Shown: piece after piece, positions 51,055 through 62,380 of the stretch
Layout: each line of letters opens with the position of its first letter
Position numbering within the stretch: the first letter of the stretch is position 1
Assembly (NCBI GenBank): GCA_951406725.2
Contig: OX597815.1
Span: forward strand, 205,902,001 to 205,966,000
Length of the DNA stretch: 64,000 nucleotides
Source: Octopus vulgaris
Taxonomy: Eukaryota
Direction of reading: 5' to 3'
The notes under the pieces: model-generated
The model's database searches: none
Told to the model about the DNA's origin: nothing
What the model saw: the letters and a program-made list of their open reading frames with translations, nothing else
Position numbers and translations under genes: made by a program

Positions 51055-51297
51055 CTTCTTACTGTATCTGGCAAACTCGATAAAAACTCTACTGCATATC
51101 AAAGGAATATCGAAAGTATTCAAGCAAATTCAAATTTAAATGTATCAAATGTAGAAACAAAAACTCAAATGCTCTTTGAAGAGATAAAAACCTCATTGGA
51201 GTCACAAATTCGGAATATTGAAAACGATGTTAAAAATTTGGATTTGACGTTGATGAACAGCGTAAGACAAGAAAACAATGGCCAGCTCCAACATTTG
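51055..51297 (+). CDS. FAM81A: FAM81A-like protein, coding exon 3 (LLTVSGKLDK...RQENNGQLQHL)
   Basis: Acceptor atAG at 51053-51054, donor TTG|GTAAGT at 51298; 81 stop-free codons, phase 0, heptad-rich, in frame with exon 2. Confidence 0.75.
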
Positions 51298-52269
51298 GTA
51301 AGTTTAAAAAAAATTTTTTTTTTTAATATTAACTCTTTTATTGCAGAAATCAGATATATCCATTCAAAATTTCATTGCATAGAAAGTAGTTTTATATACC
51401 AATCTATCTTTTGTTGAAGAATATCATACCTGAACTTATTTTCTGCTGAGATATGTCAAGTTTATTGAGACAATGCGACTTGCAGAAAATGCAAATTCTA
51501 TTTTTTTGTAGACATTGAACATTATTACAGAAACTGCCATGAAATTTTATTTCACTGTTAATGGGTTAATATCCAGGTATTTCAGGTACTACATTTAATA
51601 ATTGTTCTCTCTTAAGTTGCATTTATTTGTTTAGGTTACTGTAAAATGTTTGATTGATTTACTGGTGTGATTCAATAGACTGCATCTTGAATTGTTGTTT
51701 CAATGTAGGTCAACTCAGACTTAGCAGATCTATGATTAAAAGAATTCCAGCTATAATAATCCCATTTTTTTTTTACAGACATTGTGTAAAGTATTACATC
51801 ATCCAATGTGATCCTCCTTTGTTAAAGAAAATAACATAAACACAAATATACATACATATCTATATGTGTGTGTGTGCATGTGTGTTTGTGTGTGTATATA
51901 TATATGTATATATGTATGATATGTATGTATGTATGTATGTGTGTGTATATGTTTGTATATATATATGTAGGTATGTGTGTGTATATGTTTGTATGTATGT
52001 ATATATATATGATACGTATGTATATATCATTTTCATCATGACAGGCTTCCACACAGTTTTCATCTACCAAATTCACTTACAGGGCATTGGTTGACCCAGG
52101 ATTAAAATAGAAGATACTTGCCCAAGGTGCCATGCAATGAGGCTGAACCTGAGACTGTGTAGTTGCAAAGCAAGCTTCTTAAATTATTCCCAACTATTCC
52201 TGCATCTGTTGTAAGGTATAATCTGTGAGAGATTTAACTGCTATTCTTTACAAGCCAAGAGATAATGAA

Positions 52270-53260
52270 GGTGGCGAGCTGGCAGAAACGTTAGCATGCC
52301 GGGCGAAATGCTTAGTGGTATTTCGTCTGTCGCTACGTTCTGAGTTCAAATTCCGTCGAGGTCGACTTTGCCTTTCATCCTTTCAGGGTTGATTAAATAA
52401 GTACCAGTTACACACTGGGGTTGATATAATCGACTTAATCCATTTGTCTGCCCTTGTTTGTCCCCTCTGTGTGTAGCCCCTTGTGGCCTGTAAAGAAATA
52501 GAGGTTATCCAACAATGCCCTTAATATCATAAACATGTAGGGGAGTGAGCTGGCAGAATTGTTCACACACCGAGCAAAATGCTAAGCAGCACTTTGTGAA
52601 TCTTTATGTTCTGAGTTCAAATGCCCCTGAGGTGGACTTTGCCTTTTATCCTTTGGGGATTAGTCAAATAATTATCAATTAAACCAGTGTCGCCTTACTG
52701 GCACTTGTGCCAGTGGCACATGTAAAAACATTCGAACAAGGTTGTTGCCAGTACTGCCTGACTGGCCCCTGTGCTGGTGGCATGTAAAAGCATCCGCTAC
52801 ACTCTCGGAGTGGTTGGCATTAGGAAGGGCATCCAGATGTAGAAACTCTGCCAGATCAAGATTGGAGCCTGGTGCAGCCATCTGGTTCACCATCCCTCAG
52901 TCAAATCGTGCAACCCATGCTAGCATGGAAAGCGGACGTTAAATGAACGATGATAAACACTGAGGCTGATGTAATCGACTTACCCACTCCCTTCAAATTA
53001 CTGGCCTTGTGCCAGAATTTGAAACCAATATTATGAACATGTAAGGTGGTAAGGTGGCAGAACCATTAGCACACTGGGCAAAATTCTTAACAGTATTTTG
53101 TCCGTCTTTATGTTCTGAGTTCAAATTCCACCAAGGTCCACTTTGCTTTTCATCCTTTCAGGTTTGATGAAATAACTACCAGTTGAACAGTGGGGTCAAT
53201 GTAATCAACTTACCTCTCCCTCTAAAATTCTGGCCTTGTGCCAAAATTTGAAATCAATAC
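52270..53260 (+). mobile_element. Cluster of three family B SINEs; the middle one is interrupted by a family C copy (52682-52955)
   Basis: Three ggcagaa...gagttcaaat..gactttgcctttcatcc heads at about 52270, 52540 and 53045. Confidence 0.8.
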
Positions 53261-53684
53261 TATAAACATCTAAACAACAAGGCACATACAGAATATATTT
53301 ACATCAGACATTCACTACTCTCAAAATTAAACTGAGTGACCTTGCACTTAAGTAAAATATCAATATTACATTAAGAGCTGTAGCTTAGAAGTGTGAGTCC
53401 TAGATTTGATAATTATTGATCTGACTGGTGATTTTAATTCCAAGTTCAATTACCAACAAAGCCGAATTGACAACACACTACCTTTGTTTCAGTTAATCTT
53501 AAAGATAATGAAGAATTTTGTAAAATAAGTTTATCGTTTACAAGGTAGTGTTTGAAACTCTAAAACAAGAAGTTTGTATTTTAGAACAGAGGCATTCTCA
53601 AGCAGATTGGTATTAAAATGATTAAGATTTTGTACACAATATATAAAAGCTAGATACATTCATAGCCAATAGTACATACTACAT

Positions 53685-54300
53685 AGGCACAGGTGTGGGT
53701 AGACTCAGGCATGGCTACATAGTAACATGTTTGCTTCCCAACCAGATGGTTCTATGTTCAGTCCCACTGCATGGCATCCTGGGCAAGTGTCTTCTGGTGT
53801 AGCCTTAACCCTTTCATTACCATATTTATTTTGAGATGCTCTGTGTTTCTTTCAATTATTTTAGATGTAACAAAGAATTTAGTAAAATAACATTGTTATC
53901 ATTAAGCTAGTGTTAGGAACATAAATTGTGACTAAGGTTTGGTGGAAGATTTTAATTCAAAATTTATGAAAACAAGACATTTGTACTACAGAGCCAGAGC
54001 CAGTTTCAGCCGGGTTGGTAACAAAAGGGTTAAGTTGACCAAAGCCTTGTGAGTGGATTTTGTAGACAGAAACTGAAAGAAGCCCATCATATACATGTGT
54101 GTGTTTGTCTTCTATCACTGCTTGGCAACCAGTATTGGTGTGTTGATGTCCCTGTAACTTAGTGTTTCAGCAAAAGAGACTGATAGAATAAGTACCAAGC
54201 TTTAAAAAATATAAGTACCGTGGTCGATTCATTTGACTAAATTTCTTCAAGCTGGTGCCCCAGCATGGCCACAGTCTAATGACTAAAACAAGTAAAAGAG
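53685..54300 (+). mobile_element. Diverged SINE A with nested piggyBac-like MITE (53809-54029)
   Basis: SINE resumes after TTAA|CCC...GGG|TTAA. Confidence 0.85.
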
Positions 54301-54389
54301 CAATAAAAGAAAAAATAATCAAGTATTTCCTGGAAAAATTATTTTAATTTGCTAAACTTAATGAATAATAATCTGGTTAAAATAAAGCT

Positions 54390-54619
54390 GACACTCGCTG
54401 ACGATACATCGAAGAGGCCAGGGAACAGAAGAAAGAAGACATGCACCCAACACCAGAGCTGAAGACACCTCCGAAAGAGGGGGCCCCGCCATGTCAAAAT
54501 AGTAGAGGAGTAGGGGCTGAAACCGGACGTGGTTCCTCCTGATGATGTCTTGAGCTAACTGGATCCTATAAAGGAGCTGTTGTGGTAGCAGACCACGAAA
54601 CACGGTTGTAATTCCTTCC
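54390..54619 (+). mobile_element. 230-bp GC-rich retroposed insertion with 21-bp TSD
   Basis: taatctggttaaaa(t/c)aaagct at 54369-54389 and 54620-54640; ends ttccttcc. Confidence 0.8.
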
Positions 54620-55096
54620 TAATCTGGTTAAAACAAAGCTTCACTATTTGTCATAACTGGAAATTATCAGTTCAAAGTATTAACTATAGTGCCTGTACAT
54701 TGTCCCTCAGCTTGTTATATATTATAGCCAAGTGACCCTTAAATCATACTCTAGCATCTTAAAAAAGGGCATAAGAGACAATGTGCTTCTGGGTTGGGTG
54801 CATTGTGTTTGGGGGAAAAGACAAAGATTGATCATAACTGGAATACTCTTCAGTATAGGTTTGCTTGATCAGAGCCAACCTGGGGCTAAACAATGATGAC
54901 AGCAACAACTGGCTACTTCCACTGTCTTCTCTAGCCATTTGTGTATCATACTCAATGCAAATACAGTGCTGGGACAATTTTTGTCTCCCTCTGATATATA
55001 TTGCATTTTTCCCAAAACACATCCATAAGAGATGTTATCTCTGGGTAATTACCACAGTAAATTTGCCTTTCAGTGATGTATTTACATTAAGCTAAC

Positions 55097-55425
55097 TGGC
55101 ATTCCATCAGTTACAACAATGAGTGTTCCAGTTGATCAGAGCAAAGGTGTTCCTTTGATCTGCTCAGGAAATTAACGTGCAAGTGGCTGAGCACTCCACA
55201 GACAGATCCACCCTTAAAGTAGTTCCCAGGGAGATTCAACATGGCACAGAATGTGACAAGACTGGCCCTTCGAAATACAGGTACTACTCATTTTTGTCAG
55301 CTGAGTGGACTGCAGTAATATGAAATAAAATGTTTTGCTCATGGACACTAAGTACCACTGGGAATTGAACTCACAATCTTATGATTGTGATTTGCATACC
55401 TTAACCACTGAGTCACACATCTTCA
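55097..55425 (-). mobile_element. tRNA SINE with family D 3' module (head type 1), diverged
   Basis: Colinear with 37848-38171. Confidence 0.75.
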
Positions 55426-55696
55426 CTTGGCATTGGATGGCTATTATCTTTTAACCCTTCAGCATTCAAACTGGCCATATCCGGCCAAAATATTTAACCT
55501 GTTTCATATTGAAACTGACCAGATCTTGCCTCTCACCTCAGCCCTACCGTGTCATTCTAAAACTAAAAAATAACATCACAGAAATCTCTAAAGTACAAGA
55601 TAATGCATGACTAATTCAGAATAATGTGAATAAATAAGCCTCGCATTTGACAGAATAATCTGAACACTAAAGGGTTAATCTTACTTTTATGGCATA

Positions 55697-56079
55697 CTAG
55701 CAGTATCGCCCGGCGTTGCTCAGGTTTGTAAGGGAAATAACTATAAAGCATTTTTAGAGAGTTATAGCCAAAAAATAGCAAAAAAATGGAAAAAAAATGA
55801 TGGTAAATTTTTTTTTTTTGAGAGTTAAAAAAGGTGGAGTTGCGTCCCCTAGACGGTCTGTGGTTTGGGTTTCTGATTCTCGACCCCATGTCGAATTTAT
55901 CTATTCAGAACTGGGGGAACTTTTCAAAATTTTTGCTGCGTTAGTTTTGAATTATGACATTGGGCTATGTGTGTGTCAAGTTTCATCAGAATCGGTTGAA
56001 AGCCGTGGTCGGGGTGAGGGTACGAGAAAACAGACACACAGAAAACGCGCAGACAAACTGCCGTTTATATAGAGAGAGA
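55697..56079 (-). mobile_element. Non-autonomous Helitron
   Basis: Inverted near-identical copy of 19178-19560; A|CTAG...GA|T on plus. Confidence 0.9.
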
Positions 56080-56189
56080 TAATGGGACTATCTCTTCTGT
56101 TGCAATCAAACAAACAGAATGCATATATTTTAAACAAATTTGGATTCCTTTAGCACACTTGTGTTCATTTGCTGGGTCATTATAATAAA

Positions 56190-56363
56190 CTAGCAGTATT
56201 GCCCGGCGTTGCTCGGGTTTGTAAGGGAAATAACTATAAAGCATTTTTAGAGAGTTATAACCAAAAAATGGAAAAAAAATTAAAGCCGTGGTCAGGGTGA
56301 GGGTACAACCTAACAGACACACAGAAACACACACAGACAAACTGCCGTTTATATATAGAGAGA
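56190..56363 (-). mobile_element. Internally deleted Helitron (174 bp)
   Basis: Both termini of the 55697-56079 family joined directly. Confidence 0.85.
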
Positions 56364-56489
56364 TATGTATCCAGAAATGATATCAGAAATGATTTCGCCT
56401 TACATCCATAAATCTAAAGGTCAGCAACACATCTATTGTTTTCTTATGGAAAAGAATTTGATCTTGGAACTATGACATAACATGTAGCA

Positions 56490-56680
56490 GTTGTTGTTGT
56501 TGTTGTCTTCTTCTTCTTTTTCTTCTTCTTCTTCTTCTTCTTCTTCTTCTTCTTCTTCTTCTTCTTCTTCTTCTTCTTCTTCTTCTTCTTCTTCTTCTTC
56601 TTCTTCTTCTTCTTCTTCTTCTTCTTCTTCTTCTTCTTCTTCTTCTTCTTCTTCTTCCTCCTCCTCCTCCTCCTCCTGCT
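56490..56680. repeat. (TTG)/(TTC)n/(CTC) microsatellite
   Basis: Seen directly. Confidence 0.95.
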
Positions 56681-57153
56681 GTTAGCTATATATTCCACCA
56701 CAACATTCTCTTTTTTCTTTTGTCCCTCTTTTATGCCCGGCCTTTATGGAGCTAAGTGAAGCAGGTATGTTTCAGAGCTTAGCCCACAACTACAACCCCA
56801 GGCCAATAAGTGAGTCTCTTCTAAAACGTCATATAACCTGCTAGGAATAACAGTTACATTGCTTTGAATTCACATCCTGTTGGTCACATTGGATAATATA
56901 ATCCTTATTATACCTTAGAAAAGACTGGATGGTAAGGTTTGATTATAGGATCTGCTGAACTAACCAACAATGACAATAATAAGGGTGAACGGTCACTACA
57001 TGGTTCTTTGACCTGTTAGAAACAGTACTCAAATTCTACTCAGATTGCAGTACTTTTTGGTTATCTCACACCCATTAAAAAATTGCCATTAAAAAACTGG
57101 GTTATCTTCCCACTAAAACACTGAGTTTATGTGGCAACAAGAGATTGGATTAA

Positions 57154-57378
57154 CCCTTTTGTTACTGTATTTATTTTGAGATGCTCTGTATTTCTTTCAA
57201 TTACTTTAAATATAACAAAGAATTTAGTAAAATAACTTAGTTATCATTAAGCTAGTGTTAGGAACATAAATTGTGACTAAAGTTTGGTGGAAGATTTTAA
57301 TTCAAAACTTATGAAAACAAGATATTTGTACTCAGAGCCAGAGCCGGTCCGGTTTCAGCCAGGTTGGTATCGAAAGGG
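57154..57378. mobile_element. piggyBac-like MITE
   Basis: TTAA|CCCTTT...AAAGGG|TTAA. Confidence 0.85.
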
Positions 57379-57518
57379 TTAAAAGAGTTAGATCCTTTTG
57401 ATTCAATACTTCAACAGGCATAGCATGATTTGCTATAAAAATGTGATCAGATTCATTCAGTAAGATGTTTAATTTTTTCAGTTTTTATATTTATTAATCT
57501 TTTCAGTTTTGTATGATT

Positions 57519-57965
57519 TCATCATCATCATCATCATTTAACGTCCGTTCTCCATGCTAGCATGGGTTGGACGGTTCGACCGGGGATCTGGGATGCCAGA
57601 AGACTGCACCAGGCTCCAGTCTGATCTGGCAGTGTTTCTACAGCTGGATGCCCTTCTTAAAGCCAACCACCCCGTGAGTGTAGTGGGTGCTTTTTACGTG
57701 CCACCCGCACAAGTGCCAGGCGAGGCTGGCAACGGCCACGATCGGATTGGTGCATTTTACGTGCCACCGGCACAGAAGCCAGTCAGGGCGGCGCTGGCAT
57801 CGGCCACGATTCGGATAGTGCTCTTTACGTGCCACCGACACAGGGATCACAACTGCAGTTTCCATTGATTTTGATGTTGGTGTACTTGACTCAATGGATC
57901 TCCTCAAGCACAGGGTCGAAATGGTGTTTCTTCACTTGCCACCAACACAGGAGTCAGTCCAGCGG
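57519..57965 (-). mobile_element. RTE 3' end copy (family C)
   Basis: Family C signature. Confidence 0.85.
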
Positions 57966-58011
57966 TCCTTAGATTCCATAAGACGGTTCATCTTTTCACT
58001 TTTTTTTTTGT

Positions 58012-58322
58012 TTTATTGAGGGTTAAACAATTTTGTAGTTGAGGGGCATAACCCAATTTTTTTAAACGGGGTGAGTAACCGAAAAGTACCACAAATCCTA
58101 CATATTGAATAGTGTAGTGCAGTACCTGGAGAAAGAAATCAGGATGGTCACAATTGGTTTGTCTTGGATCACAGGTTTCTTCAGTCATGTCTGACTCAGG
58201 GCTAAATAGCAAGGAGAGGATACAATACCTCTTTAGTTAATGGAATACTACCTTATCCATTCAACCGTTTCCCTCCATTCAACCAGTTCTCTCTTCAAAT
58301 TATATGTAGTATTTTGAGAGAG
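58012..58322 (+). repeat. ~310-bp segment duplicated at 62995-63304
   Basis: tttattgagggttaaacaattttgtagttgaggg...aaattatatgtagtattttgagag is nearly identical at both sites. Confidence 0.95.
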
Positions 58323-58343
58323 AGAGGGTGGGAGGGGGGGGAG

Positions 58344-58375
<32 letters not shown>

Positions 58376-58421
58376 ATGTACAGGTGTGTGTATGTGTGTG
58401 TGTGTGTGTGTGTGGGTGGAT

Positions 58422-58462
<41 letters not shown>

Positions 58463-59507
58463 GATGGGTTCCCCTCAAGAGACATTCTATCAGCTATTTT
58501 TCCTGACACATTTTATGTCCTGAATAAATTATGGTTACCCAGAAACAACAAGAAGAAGAACAATAACAGCAACAACAATATCAACCACTGTGACCATGAC
58601 GACCACTATGACGACCACGCCGACGACGACCACCACCACCACCACTATAACAACAACAGCAATTATAAGCTCATAATCAGTGAAGCTAGCATGAACCAGC
58701 TAAGACTGCCTAAAAAACATTAATGGATGCATCATCAATAATAATAGCATGGATAGCATTTATTCCAGCCCCACAAAACAAAGCAAAAAGTCAGTGCCTG
58801 AAATAAGGACGGCGGGGGGGGGGGCAGGGGGCAGGGAAGGGCTTTTTTTGACATATCTCTTTGTGTATTTTAACAAAAACATGACTACCTACATATGTCA
58901 GAATATACATGCAACAGTGTGGGTTGAAATTTATTTCTGGGGTGGCAGGCAGGCAGCAGCGGCGGCAGCGGCGGCAGCGTTATCAACAACAATGTTCCTA
59001 CACATATAAATAGAAACACACAGACACACAGACAGATATAGACAAATACTACTACACACATGCACGTGTACACTCCTACAAAACCTACACTCATACATAT
59101 TCACTACCTCTTTGTGTTGCTTTCTGTTACTGTCCTCCTCTGTCTGTTATTTTCAGCCTTTCTGAGTTTCCTCTAAGCCTTGACAACTTTTGTTACTAAG
59201 TAACTGTAGCTTCATACACTTATCTATTTATTTATTGTTTTTGATTGTGAGCTATTAGCTCCACACCCAATTATGAACATACTGGAATAATCTGCTTTAT
59301 TTTCTCAAACCAATTAATATACTGTATTTGCCAGAGCATGTGGTTAGTAGCTTGAGTGATTTCCTAAATAAATAGCCAACAATTTAAATAGCAGTTAGAT
59401 ATATATACTTGTTGTGGATTAAACACACTGATTTCTTCTTTAATTATCTATTCACAAGCCGTTCACATCATCTTTGTTATAGCATATCCCAAATGATTTT
59501 GAAGTGT

Positions 59508-59790
59508 TCATCATCATCATCATCATCATCATTATTGTTTAATGTCCGTTTTCCCCGCGCTAGCACGGGTTGGACGGTTCGACCGGGGTCTGGGAAGCCA
59601 GGGGCTGCACTAGGCTCCAGTCTGATCTGGCAGTGTTTCTACAGCTGGAGGTCCTTCCTAACGCCAACCACTCCGCGAGTGTAGTGGGTGCTTTTTACGT
59701 GCCAGGGGAGTCTGGCATCGGCCACGATCGGTTGGTGCTTTTAACGTGCCACCGGCACGGAAGCCAGCCAAGGCGGCGCTGGCATCGGTT
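59508..59790 (-). mobile_element. RTE 3' end copy (family C)
   Basis: Family C signature. Confidence 0.85.
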
Positions 59791-60041
59791 GTGGGAGGTA
59801 TATAACATCATGGTCAAAACCAAAACCATACTGCCACTTGCAAGGGAGTATAGCATGGTGGTGTATGTATCATGCTTTTGCTTATTATATTAGGTACCTG
59901 GGTAGTCATTAGCAGACATGAAAAGCCCCCCATCCCTGCCATCTTTGACCCAGTGGAATATCAAGGATATGACAGTTGAGGGAGAGAGGAAGAGCTGCAC
60001 TAACACTCAACTGGTACTCATTTCAGCTAGGTACTCATTTA

Positions 60042-60270
60042 GGCGGCGAGTTGGCAGAAATGTTAGCACGCCGGGCGAAATGCTTAGCGGTATTTCGTCT
60101 GTCTTTACATTCTGAGTTCAAATTCCGCCGAGGTCGACTTTGCCTTTCATCCTTTCGGGGTCGATAAATTAAGTACCAGTTACACACTGGGGCCGATGTA
60201 ATCGACTTAATACCTATGTCTGTCCTTGTTTGTCCCCTATGTGTTTAGCCCCTACTGGGTAATAAAGAAA
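60042..60270 (+). mobile_element. SINE family B inserted in an older minus-strand SINE
   Basis: TSD taggtactcattt on both sides. Confidence 0.85.
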
Positions 60271-60988
60271 TAGGTACTCATTTCAGCTAGGAGTGCCCTG
60301 CTCAAAAACAATATGTCGCCTGGTCCAGAAATTGAACCCATAACTATTTGATTGTGAGTCCAACATTTTTAACCACTAGGCCACACAAATTCATATGCCT
60401 TACAGTAAATGTCTCATTATAAACAGAATTTTACAGCACAGTTTTATCTCTGAATCTAAGTGGCTTTGCTTCATAGACTTAATCCCTCCAGGAAGCAGGA
60501 TGCCACCACTTCCTCTTTAGTATAAGGTTCCCTGCATTCACTTGCTAATGAGTTTGTTAAATTCTACAAATAGCTCTTAATTCATGAAATCTTACCAATG
60601 GAAGGGGGCACTTTAATAATAAGCAGTACTCACCGGTATCACATTTCTCTACATTTGAAGGTTTAAATACAAATGCATGCAAACCCCTTTGATGCATGAC
60701 AGGAAACAAGTGATGGATAAATATTTCCCCTGGACAGGATGCAGGTCTACTGCAGATAACTTTCTCATGTGTAGAGGCATGGGCATGACTGTGCAGTTAA
60801 GTAGTTTGCTTTGCAATCACATGGTATCAGGTTCATTTCCCTTGTGCAGCATCATGAGGGAATGAATCCAAAACCCCATGGTGTCTTTTATACTATAGAC
60901 CTGGGTCAACCAATGCTTTATGAAAGAATCTGGTTGACAGGAACTGTGAGGAAGTTCATCACACACGCACGCATGTGCTTACGCATGT

Positions 60989-61025
<37 letters not shown>

Positions 61026-61174
61026 CAGGGTGTTTGGGTGAAATTTGATGATTTTTTTTTACGTCTCCTTTTTTCAGAAACAGATTGCTGGCTTTGTGCC
61101 AAGATTTGAAACCAATGTTAATTTGATTTAAGGCAGCAAGCTGACACAATCATTAGCATGCCGGGCAACATGCA

Positions 61175-61390
61175 TACTCTTTTAGTCTCTCTTTTACTTG
61201 TTTCAGTCATTTGACTGCGGCCATGCTGGAGCACTGCCTTTAGTCGAGCAAATCGACCCCGGGACTTATTCTTTTGTAAGCCCAGTACTTATTCTATCGG
61301 TCTCTTTTGCCGAACTGCTAAGTAACGGGGATGTAAACACACCAGCATCAGTTGTCAAGCAATGCTAGGGGGACAAACACAGACACACAA

Positions 61391-61473
<83 letters not shown>

Positions 61474-61638
61474 TACAACAGGCTTCTTTCAGTTTCCGTC
61501 TACCAAATCCACTCACAAGGCATTGGTCGGCCCAGGGCTATAGCAGAAGACACTTGCCCAAGATGCCACGCAGTGGGGACTGAACCCGGAACCATGTGGT
61601 TGGTTAGCAAGCTACTTACCACACAGCCACTCCTGCGC
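61175..61638 (-). mobile_element. SINE family A nested in a family B SINE
   Basis: Family B head at ~61130 resumes at ~61640; short gcata TSD. Confidence 0.9.
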
Positions 61639-61992
61639 ATAGTGACATTTTGTCCATCTTCACTTTCTGAGTTCAAATTCTGCTAGGTCAACTTTGGTTT
61701 TCATACTTCTGGGGTCAATAAAATAAGTACCAGTTAAACACTGGAGTTGATGTAATCAACTTACTCTCTCTGCCAAGATTGCTGGCTTTGTGTCACAATT
61801 TGATGATTTTTTTTTTATGCCTCCTTTTTTCAGAAACAGATTGATGTATTTGTGAATAGTCAACAGTGTTGGAGAGCATAAGGATTAAAGTTTTAATTGA
61901 GAAAAAGTTAGCTGACATGAAGGACTGGAATTCATCTGAATATTGGTGAAAAGTTACCTGTACCATGATGACTCATGTTGGATATTGAAATA

Positions 61993-62380
61993 GGAGGAAG
62001 CACTCCGTTGGTTACAACGATGAGGGTTCCGGTTGATCCGAATCAACAGAACAGCCTGCTCGTGAAATTAACGTGTAAGTGACTGAGCACTCCACAGACA
62101 CGTGTACCCTTAACGTAGTTCTCGGGGAGATTCAGCGTGACACAGAGAGTGACAAGGCCGGCCCCTTGAAATACAGGTACAACAGAAACAGGAAGTAAGA
62201 GTGAGAGAAAGTTGTGGTGAAAGAGTACACCAGGGATCACCACCATCCCCTGCCGGAGCCTCGTGGAGCTTTTAGGTGTTTTCGCTCAATAAACACTCAC
62301 AATGCCCGGTCTGGGAATCGAAACCGCGATCCTATGACCGCGAGTCCGCTGCCCTAACCACTGGGCCATTGCGCCTCCAC
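61993..62380 (-). mobile_element. tRNA SINE, head type 2 plus family D 3' module
   Basis: TSD ggatattgaaata (61980-61992, 62381-62393). Head shared with 46178-46503, 3' module shared with 37848-38171. Confidence 0.9.

Noticed and set aside
54455-54545. Canonical hammerhead using CTGAAGA (~54459) and GAAAC (~54519)
   Set aside because: Stems I and III cannot both form in register around a UH site.
58520-59010. His/Asp/Ala-rich ORFs as an exon of a transcription factor
   Set aside because: Simple triplet repeats with no domain or consistent splice signals.
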